A stretch of DNA of 64,000 nt from Octopus vulgaris (Eukaryota). The notes beneath the pieces are model-generated. The model did no database searches and had not been told where the DNA came from. It worked only from the letters and a program-made list of their open reading frames with translations. The stretch is taken from the NCBI GenBank assembly GCA_951406725.2, contig OX597828.1, positions 52,638,001 to 52,702,000 of the forward strand, given 5' to 3'. This document shows positions 55,061-64,000 of the stretch, piece after piece. Numbering within the stretch: the first letter of the stretch is position 1; every line of letters begins with the position of its first letter. Both the position numbers and the translations under genes were made by a program.

Positions 55061-55904
55061 AGAAAAAGTCCTTGTGCATCGGCCGGGATGTGTACATAAA
55101 ATAAATGTTTCGCAAAGCCTTTTGAACAATAGAGATGTGAAGAGTTACAGAAAATATGTAAGGTGATGTCAATAAATGAAGACATTGACTAAAAAATATT
55201 TCTAAGCTACTCGTCAGAATTTCTTAAAGGTTTTTTTAAAACATTTAGTTTAAATATTGATGTTTGTATTTATGTGCCTGCAATTATATGCAAGTGGTTA
55301 AGATTATAAGAATTCAGTATTATGCATGGTTTTCACAAATATAACGCAAAAGAATCCGGAAATTATCCAGTTCAGGGATTCAAACCATATATTAGTCATT
55401 TCTCGACGAATGTAGAGACTGTACGTCATTAATTCATTTTTAAAGAAATACTAAATTTTACTGTTTAAATATACACAACCTATCAGGTACAATAGATAAT
55501 ACGACTGTACAGCAATCGTTTGAAACTTTATTCAGATCTTAAGACAGATGTCTTCGCTTTTCTTTCAGTTAGACCCAAATTTTAAACGCTATATTTATAT
55601 CTTTTACTTGTGTCAAACATTGGACTGCAGCCATGCTGGGTCACCACTTTCACAAAATTCTAAGTGATGTATCGGGATACGGAGCACGGCCATGATGAGG
55701 CACCACAATTTGTGCTATTGCTAGCATATATCAAAACTCACTTCACACCACCTTTTCTGTTTGTGATGAACAAAACTGCTCTTCTATTTTTGCATTGCAT
55801 TTCTTGGGGTTCGTCTGGCGTCTCTCATCAAAAATGTGTCTAAATGTTTATGGAGCACATTCGCACGTATGCAGCGTAGATATCTCAAGCTTTTAGTCCT
55901 CACC

Positions 55905-55960
<56 letters not shown>

Positions 55961-55964
55961 ATAC

Positions 55965-56180
55965 TCTTTACTCTTTTACTCTTTTACTTGTTTCAGTCAT
56001 TTGACTGCGGCCATGCTGGAGCACCGCCTTTAGTCGAGCAACTCGACCCCGGGACTTATTCTTTTGTAAGCCCAGTATTTATTCTATCGGTCTCTTTTGC
56101 CGAACTGCTAAGTATCGGGGACATAAACACACCAGCACCGGTTGTCAAGCAATGCTAGGGGGACACACACAGACACACAA

Positions 56181-56237
<57 letters not shown>

Positions 56238-56402
56238 TACGACTGGCTTCTTTCAGTTTCCGTCTACCAAATCCACTCACAAGACTTTGGTCGGCGCGAG
56301 GCTATAGTAGAAGACACTTGCTCAAGGTGCCACGCAGTGGGACTGAACCCGGAACCATGAGGTTGGTAAACAAGCTACTTACCACACAGTCACTCCTACG
56401 CC

Positions 56403-56404
<2 letters not shown>
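55965..56404 (-). mobile_element. SINE family A, full length
   Basis: Matches the other copies. Confidence 0.92.
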
Positions 56405-56455
<51 letters not shown>

Positions 56456-56456
<1 letters not shown>

Positions 56457-56754
56457 TGGAGGCGCAATGGCCCAATGGTTAGGGCAGCGGACTCATGGTC
56501 GGAGGATCACGGTTTCGATTCCCAGACCGGGCGCTGTGTGTGTATATTGAGCGAAAACACCTTAAGCTCCACGAGACTCCGGCAGGTGTGGCGATCCCTG
56601 CAGTACTCTTTCCCCGCAACTTTCTCTCACTCTTTCTTCTGTTGGCCTGCTCGACTAGCCATCTGGGTGGCGTCATTTGAAGGCTAAAACAATGCGAAGC
56701 GTATTGTGACCAGCGATGTGTAGCAACATCTGATAGCCTGGTCGGTCACGTGAT

Positions 56755-56762
<8 letters not shown>
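56456..56762 (+). mobile_element. SINE family C, tail type b
   Basis: Matches 46522-46812. Confidence 0.9.
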
Positions 56763-56785
<23 letters not shown>

Positions 56786-57278
56786 AAGTAAATAAAACCT
56801 TCGACCTGAAAAAGTATTAGCCAACTTCTCTATCTATCGATACAAAGGTGAAGCGATATTTCTATACGTATGCAAGTACATAATATAATCCAGGCACACA
56901 CACAAACACACCAACAAAGCAATGGAAAAGGCAATGAGCAGCGTAAAAGTTGCCAACAATTTTATCTAGACATATCTACCATACACACAAGCACACGTAC
57001 ACAAACACACGCACGCACACACAACATGCAATCACTCGTAAACAGAAAAAACAAAGAGTTAACGCAAATCCACGTAACAAAATGCAAAAAGAGAAAAAAT
57101 TAACAATTCAGGCACTAAAAAAACAAGCACTTACATGTGATGTTACATTTGTATGACTTCGTTATATCAATGTGTGTACATCCACAAGGAAGTACACACA
57201 CATACAAACACACATGTGTGTATGTATGTATGTATGTATGTATGTATGTATGTATGTATGTATGTATGTATGTATGAA

Positions 57279-57322
<44 letters not shown>

Positions 57323-57448
57323 TGTGTGTGTGTGTGTGTGTGTGCAAATGCGTTTGTGCGTGTGTATATTTTTATTTCTTTGTGGAAGTACACTATACAT
57401 GCACACACTCACGCGCACACACACCCTGAATATTTAGGATGTTATTAA

Positions 57449-57501
<53 letters not shown>

Positions 57502-57523
57502 TATAAATATATATATTTATACG

Positions 57524-57593
<70 letters not shown>

Positions 57594-57739
57594 TAAATAT
57601 ATATATATGTGTATATGTAAGTATGTATATGTATATATATATATTTATATATATATTCATGTGACGTTTTATGCTTTTACACATGCGTACATACATACAT
57701 ATTCACTCCAACTAATAATATTATCTATGCACGTATCCA

Positions 57740-57780
<41 letters not shown>

Positions 57781-58008
57781 GTGTTTCAGAAAAAAAAGTT
57801 TTTCATTGGCACACACACACACACACACACACACTCGTACATAAATATATATTCAAATGTATAAAATAATACCTATGACTTATGTATTATATATACCCAT
57901 ATAAGCAACAACAACAAAAAAACCCTTGCGAGCATACTCAAATAGTATACATAAACAAACGCACATACATACAAACAAACATACAAAAACGTATACATTT
58001 ACACGTAC

Positions 58009-58313
58009 GTAAGGCAACATTGCGTCGAGTATGATGGCGGCCATGATGGCGACTGCGCCAATGGCGATGATGGTGGCTGCTATGGCGGGCATCGGCTGCG
58101 TTGGCGGCGGCTGTGCTGAGATAGAGTCGGCGGCTTGGCTTCTATCCATTAAGTTGATTGCAAGCAGAAAATCCGTCGCACAAAAGAATTCTCTAAAATG
58201 GAATTACCAGGGAAGCCTGTATGTGGGTCACTACTATTTATTTTGATTAATGCCTTCCGAAATAATTGCTTCGACGTTTGAAACTGTTTCCTTGCTCCAG
58301 AGATGAACAGTTC
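58009..58313 (-). other. Putative exon containing an ATG (58149) for MDRSQAADSISAQPPPTQPMPAIAATIIAIGAVAIMAAIILDAMLPY, with a hydrophobic signal-anchor-like segment
   Basis: Acceptor GCTTTCTGCTTTTCTGCAG|G, donor TAC|GTACGT, GC-rich unique island. Confidence 0.45.
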
Positions 58314-58777
58314 CTGCAGAAAAGCAGAAAGCACCGAAATTCATCCTGCTTTAACGCACTTTCTCTCCCCTCTACTCTCACGTTCTCCCCTTCGTGTACG
58401 TGTGTGTGTGTATTTGTGTATATTTCATAAATGTATACACACACATTGTATTTTATATATGATTTATATATTAGATATCATATGTATGTAACACATATAT
58501 ATAATATTTATACAGGTATACATTTATACATATATATATACATAAATATATATATAGATATAGATATAGATATATTACAGTTATTACATGTATGTATATT
58601 ATAGAAACTATGCCTTTTATGTATGCGCTTTTGAGTGTATGTATACGTATGCATATATGAAATTATACCCTAGAAATACCAAACGAAATCTTTAAGGACA
58701 AACACACACACACATACACACGTACAAACACTACATTATATTCACCAAAGAAATTTGCAAATAAGCACGATGTTTAT

Positions 58778-58810
<33 letters not shown>

Positions 58811-58931
58811 TATATAGATATTGAGAATTGTTAAACTCGACACCGCTTAACAAAACCATTCGCACCGAAAGCATATATATATAGGCTCATACTTTCACGT
58901 ATATATACAGATCTATCTATCTATCTCCCTG

Positions 58932-59264
<333 letters not shown>

Positions 59265-59564
59265 CTTTTTATTGTAGCCACACAGGGCTAAACACAGAAT
59301 AAAAATGGACGAAATACAATGTAGAATTTTTTCTTTTCGAGGTGGGATGGGTGGGGCAAAAAAAAAAAAAAAAAAAAACGTTTGATCAATAGGGATCTGT
59401 GGGTTGTGTGGTGTATAAAAAAGCAATATATATATATATATATAAGGTTCACAGTTTAGGTGTAGTCTTGGAAAGAAAAACCTACAAAAAAGACCAAGGT
59501 CACCTCAGACAATTCGAAAAAGAACACATGAGTAAGTCGCCTTACTTCTCGTTGTCTCTTTTGG

Positions 59565-62500
59565 TTACAGATTTATGCTTAAAATAGTGTCGTCTTTCAT
59601 ACTGACCATTTTTGCCACTTTTACCCACTTTTTATTAAAACATTCGTTCGACAAAGCCTTCCTCTCTATTCTCATCCTCCTTTTCAAGTGGTACTTGAAA
59701 AAGTTGACGAGAGACTGACCAGAGAGGAAGGTGTTTGTTTGCAGTCCTTTCAAACGCGTCCACCACACACATTCTTTCGCCATAGCCATCAGCGTAACGA
59801 AAACCGTTTTCCCTTCCCGTTTAAAGGAAGGTGGTGGAACAATATTCACAATAGACTCGGCCGATAGGCGAGCCTGACCTACACGTGACAACAGCTGTTC
59901 GACGAAGGACCACAGCTCTGAAATATCTGGACACTGCACGAGTGCGTGCAGAACGGTTTCGTTGCTCTGACCGCATCTCGGGCAGGTCGGTCCGGTGATG
60001 GTTTTCGAACCGTGTCTGTAGCTATTCTCTCGAACAGGTAGTGCGTCTCGATAGCACTGCCAAGCCAGGGATTTCTGGAAGTTATCCATAGGCCCCGGCC
60101 CGAACGTCGTCCTGAACAGGCGGGTTAGGAATTCCTCGTCGACGCCCAGGTTTGCCCCGAGTGTGTCGTCGGACCTCCCCTCCACTAGTCCTCTATAGAA
60201 CGCTTTAGTCGTTTGGAAGTTGCACAAGTTTGACCCCGGTCGGCAGAGCTGCTGTAGAGCTTGGCGACACTCTCGGTGCCAATCGCCCAGTTTCGGTCTC
60301 TTTTTGATCCACGTTTGCAGTTCGGTCAGTGAGACGAGCTGCGGGAAGTCGCGCCTCACAAACGGTGCCCACACCTGTTCACCGTCGTCGATGAATTTCC
60401 AGAGATGTCGCAGTCTCAGCGCATGCCTGCGCATCATCAACCACGGCATGCCCAGTCCTCCATTCAACGGATGTTGACAGCAAATGGACTTCCTCACCAT
60501 CGGAACGCCACCCTTCCACAGGAAGCGGAAGAGTATGCGTTCCAGTTTGGTGATGGTGGCGTCGGGACAAGGTACGACGGTCAGGCGGTAATCGATGACG
60601 GATGCGATGTACGCGTTCGCCACCTCCGCCCGGCCTTTTAGAGACAGCTTTCTCTCGGCCCATGTTTGGCTGAGAGCGACCACTCTACTCGTGATCTCGT
60701 CCCAGTTCTTATCCATTTGGAGGTCCGGACTGAACCAGACCCCGAGCAATTTAACCGGTCCGTCCGTCCAGCGTCCCACTACTGAGCCGCAGTCGGACGG
60801 CATGGGCTTGCTTCTCCAGGTGCCGAGTAGCAAACCCACTGACTTTTCCGGGTTAATCTTTGCTCCCGTCACCGTTTCATATTTTCTTAGTGTCTCGCCG
60901 ACCAGCTCGATGTGCTGGTAGCTCGACACTATGACGGTGACATCGTCCGCATATGCCGACACGCTCGTCCCGCAACCCAGTTCCCGTGGGATGCCCCTCA
61001 GTGTCGCCAGCTTCCGCAGTAGCGGCTCGAGAGTCAATACATACAGAAGCGCCGACAGGGGACACCCCTGACGGACCGAACGCGTGATGTCAAACGGTTT
61101 AGACAGGTGACCGTTTACCCGAATCACCGATCGGATGCCGCTATACAAGGCAGCGATCCAACCGCGGAAGACGGGACCGAAGCCAGCCGCCCTGAGGACG
61201 GCCGCCAAGTACCGATGGTCGACCCTATCGAAGGCTTTAGACTGATCCAAATTTATCAGCGCCCCACCCATGCCAGGATCCTTAACTACCCTGTCCACAA
61301 TGTAGCGCATCAGATGGAGGTTGTCATGTATGGTTCTGCCCGGCACGGCGCATGTTTGCGCCCTGTCGACCAGTTTACCAATGACAAGCGCCAACCTCTC
61401 GGCTATTACTTTGGCCAAAATTTTCAAATCTGCGTTGAGCAGAGTGATGGGCCTGAAATTATCTATAAAATTCCCCTTGTTTGAGTCTTTCTTCAGCAAC
61501 GTCACTGCACCTCGGCTCACGAAACCGGGGATTCTCCCGTTTTGTTGCCAGTTGCAGTAGACTGATGCCAAGAGGTCGCCAAACAAGTCTGGCATTCGAC
61601 AATACAGCTCGTAGGGTAAACCATCCAATCCAGGCGACTTATCCCTCGCGCAGCCCGCCATCGCATCCCACACGTCAGCGGCTGTGATGGGACTTTCACA
61701 ACACTCCGCCTCTCTTGCCGAGAGCCGCAGCAGGTCGGTCAGGTAGGCACTGAAATCCATCCCTCGTTCCGACCCACCACTCGCACCAAACAGTCGAGCA
61801 AAGTGCTGTTGAAAGGCCTCACACATCCTTTCGGGTTCGAGTAAACTGCATCCCTGTTGATCTATTAGAGACCAAATGGTTGATCTGTTGCCACGCTGCG
61901 CCTCCGCTACCCGGGCCTCTCGCGCAGCTTCAATCCCTTCGTTCCTTAAGGCACGCATTTTAGCTCTGACGACGCAACCTTCGTGCTTGGCGTTGAGGTG
62001 TTGGTCGAGGGCCATCCTCGCAGCTAGCACGTTGGTTGCGCTGTCAGTGGTAAGTGCCTCTTCTAGTTTCTTAACTAAGTCTCCCTCTACTCTATTTCGT
62101 TCTATCGCTAATTCCTTGCTAAACCTAATTGATTCCGATTTTATTGCCATTTTCAGGGCGTACCACCAGCGGTTGTTAACGACCGCTCCCGTCAGCGCCC
62201 TCTTAATTAATTCGCTAATCCGGTTCCTGTAAACCTGTCGCGCTAACAGCGACGTGTTCAGTTTCCAGTAACCGGGACCTTGCCTATGTGTTTTATCTAA
62301 GTCGAGCGTACACGTAACAAATTTGTGATCTGTGTAGCTGACTATTTTAAATTGTGGACAACCTACACTATCCCTATCCGCTGTCCTGCATAGAATTCTA
62401 TCTAGATAAGATCTCGACGATCCGACGCGGTTTGTCCAAGTCCACGTTGGCACGTTCGGATGGTCGAGTCGGAACCTGTCAGACAAATGGAAACGTCTGA

Positions 62501-63014
62501 GCAGGTCTTTGAGGCTCTTACACCCCCTTCTATTCCTATCCCTTCCCACATAATCTAGATGCGTGTCCAAGGTAGCGTTCCAATCCCCTACTAACAGTAA
62601 AGGTCTAGACGTACCCAGGAAAACCTCTAGACGTCTGAAGAAATCCGCCCGACCCGTTAAGGACGGTGCATAAACTGCCATCAGACGGAATGCACACCCA
62701 TTTCTGCCATCCACGTCCAAGACAACCAGCCTACCCTCCGGGTCTAGGAATATTGCTCTTACTTTTACCTTTAGACTCTTTCGAAAAAGCACCGCAGTAC
62801 CTCCACCACCCATGTTCGGCAGACAGGGAGAAAAATAAATGTCAAATTGATTACCAAACATGGACTCGAGGGCCCGCGGCTTACTGAGTCTGGTTTCACT
62901 GATAGCTACTATATCCACGTCCAGTGACTTGATGTCGTTTAGAAGGTAACCTTGCTTCCAAGCCGACGCCAAGCCACGCGCATTCACACAACCTAATTTA
63001 AGCATACTTGACAT
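59565..63014 (-). CDS. ORF2 of an L1/Tx1-clade non-LTR retrotransposon (APE endonuclease + reverse transcriptase + C-terminal CCHC finger), 1149 aa, uninterrupted
   Basis: APE motifs CVNARGL, AISET, AVYAP, GDWN, YLDRI, TDH. RT motifs KSPGLDG, FRPITLLNADLKIL, DQSKAFDRVDH, VRQGCPLS, SAYADD, KINPEKS, LLGV. C-terminal CPRC..ETVLHALVQC. No stops or frameshifts. Confidence 0.97.
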   Translation of the reverse strand: MSSMLKLGCVNARGLASAWKQGYLLNDIKSLDVDIVAISETRLSKPRALESMFGNQFDIYFSPCLPNMGGGGTAVLFRKSLKVKVRAIFLDPEGRLVVLDVDGRNGCAFRLMAVYAPSLTGRADFFRRLEVFLGTSRPLLLVGDWNATLDTHLDYVGRDRNRRGCKSLKDLLRRFHLSDRFRLDHPNVPTWTWTNRVGSSRSYLDRILCRTADRDSVGCPQFKIVSYTDHKFVTCTLDLDKTHRQGPGYWKLNTSLLARQVYRNRISELIKRALTGAVVNNRWWYALKMAIKSESIRFSKELAIERNRVEGDLVKKLEEALTTDSATNVLAARMALDQHLNAKHEGCVVRAKMRALRNEGIEAAREARVAEAQRGNRSTIWSLIDQQGCSLLEPERMCEAFQQHFARLFGASGGSERGMDFSAYLTDLLRLSAREAECCESPITAADVWDAMAGCARDKSPGLDGLPYELYCRMPDLFGDLLASVYCNWQQNGRIPGFVSRGAVTLLKKDSNKGNFIDNFRPITLLNADLKILAKVIAERLALVIGKLVDRAQTCAVPGRTIHDNLHLMRYIVDRVVKDPGMGGALINLDQSKAFDRVDHRYLAAVLRAAGFGPVFRGWIAALYSGIRSVIRVNGHLSKPFDITRSVRQGCPLSALLYVLTLEPLLRKLATLRGIPRELGCGTSVSAYADDVTVIVSSYQHIELVGETLRKYETVTGAKINPEKSVGLLLGTWRSKPMPSDCGSVVGRWTDGPVKLLGVWFSPDLQMDKNWDEITSRVVALSQTWAERKLSLKGRAEVANAYIASVIDYRLTVVPCPDATITKLERILFRFLWKGGVPMVRKSICCQHPLNGGLGMPWLMMRRHALRLRHLWKFIDDGEQVWAPFVRRDFPQLVSLTELQTWIKKRPKLGDWHRECRQALQQLCRPGSNLCNFQTTKAFYRGLVEGRSDDTLGANLGVDEEFLTRLFRTTFGPGPMDNFQKSLAWQCYRDALPVRENSYRHGSKTITGPTCPRCGQSNETVLHALVQCPDISELWSFVEQLLSRVGQARLSAESIVNIVPPPSFKREGKTVFVTLMAMAKECVWWTRLKGLQTNTFLSGQSLVNFFKYHLKRRMRIERKALSNECFNKKWVKVAKMVSMKDDTILSINL

Positions 63015-63093
63015 TTACGAAAATTGTGTTTTACACACTATATTAGAAGAGACAAGAGGCAAGAAGTGAGGTCACTTACTCATTTTAAAAGTT

Positions 63094-64000
63094 TCATTTT
63101 TTTTCTTCTTCTTCTTTTGTATCGTTTTTGATGAGGTGTTTGTATAGTTTTTTCGACAGGTATCGTTGATACCCGCCTACCGCATTCGGAAATAATGTTT
63201 TCAGTATGTGGTGTTGTGCTTGTGTTATGTGTAAAATTCTGATGTGTTTCGGTGGTGTGGTGTGCGGATGATTGTTTGTCTTAAAATCATCTTCACAGAC
63301 GACCATGTTAGATTTGATGTAGTCCATTAATTCTTTATTGTCTGTGTCTATTGCAGTTAGTTGTGTGTGTGGTTTTACGGGTTCATTACTTTTTTGATTG
63401 TCTAGGGGAATATTGTCCTGAGTGAGATATCTCCCTGCTTTAATTCCTTGTTTGGTGGATTTTTTGGATCTTTTTCTTTTACCCCCTGTGGCTATTTGCC
63501 ATTCCGTCGAACTTTCGTCGTCCGAGGTATCAGTATGGGGTAGAGGAAAAAGAACAGGATCACTATGTATGCTTGTATAAATTGTTGATGTTTTGTGCGG
63601 TGTTTGTGTTGTTGTGGTGTTAGGGGTAGCATTTGTCTTCTCGTCAGTGTTTTCTGTCTTTTTAATTGTTGTCCTGGGTGTGGGTGTGGGTCGATTTTTT
63701 GAAGATTCAACAAGTTTAATTGGTCGTGACGTCAACGGTGATTGTGTTGGTACTGTTTTTCTTGGTGATGTTGTTGGGGTTTGTTGTTTTTCTTGGCGTT
63801 GTTCCATAATTGAGTGTGTTGGTGTTGGTGTTGGCAACAAAGGGATTTTATTTGTTTTCTGAATTGTTCTTTCTTGTTTTTTCTGTACCAGATCGCACTT
63901 GGCAATCAAATGTTCGGGGCTGCCACATTTGTAGCATCTAGGCTTTTTGCCTTCTGCCATAACATATAGGCATTGCCCATTCTCCAAGTATATCTTGTCG
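63094..64000 (-). CDS. ORF1 (gag-like, 5'-partial, runs off the window) of the same LINE
   Basis: Same strand, 79 bp upstream of ORF2. Zinc knuckle CYKCGSPEHLIAKC, followed by a Pro/Thr-rich linker and a basic KRKRSKK patch. Confidence 0.85.
   Translation of the reverse strand, partial: DKIYLENGQCLYVMAEGKKPRCYKCGSPEHLIAKCDLVQKKQERTIQKTNKIPLLPTPTPTHSIMEQRQEKQQTPTTSPRKTVPTQSPLTSRPIKLVESSKNRPTPTPRTTIKKTENTDEKTNATPNTTTTQTPHKTSTIYTSIHSDPVLFPLPHTDTSDDESSTEWQIATGGKRKRSKKSTKQGIKAGRYLTQDNIPLDNQKSNEPVKPHTQLTAIDTDNKELMDYIKSNMVVCEDDFKTNNHPHTTPPKHIRILHITQAQHHILKTLFPNAVGGYQRYLSKKLYKHLIKNDTKEEEEKK

Noticed and set aside
55191-55222. Minus-strand CTGACGA...GAAATATT
   Set aside because: Stems I and II do not pair adequately.
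60220-62887. Plus-strand ORFs overlapping LINE ORF2
   Set aside because: Expected antisense shadows of a GC-rich coding strand.

Overview
AT-rich, microsatellite-saturated eukaryotic DNA. The SINE families and repeat landscape look like an Octopus (cephalopod) genome; this is recognition, not a database result. Almost all ORFs in the supplied track are simple-repeat artefacts. The only long genuine ORFs belong to a young L1/Tx1-clade LINE on the minus strand at the right end: an intact 1149-aa ORF2 (APE endonuclease, RT, CCHC finger) and a partial ORF1, ending in a (GATA)n tract. The rest is mostly three tRNA-derived SINE families, decayed mariner/maT, hAT-MITE, Helitron and RTE relics, plus a few unique islands with promoter-like and splice-site-flanked exon-like features; no host protein family could be identified. 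The most interesting signals are: (i) several unrelated short inserts next to TA/TG microsatellites that carry type I hammerhead-ribozyme motifs of the Penelope/retrozyme kind, including a TSD-flanked element joining a tRNA-type Pol III head to a hammerhead-bearing tail; (ii) a probable (GATA)n-targeting Tx1 LINE whose 3' end is shared with a SINE family; (iii) a tandemly duplicated 52-nt exon-like unit that could be a mutually exclusive exon pair.
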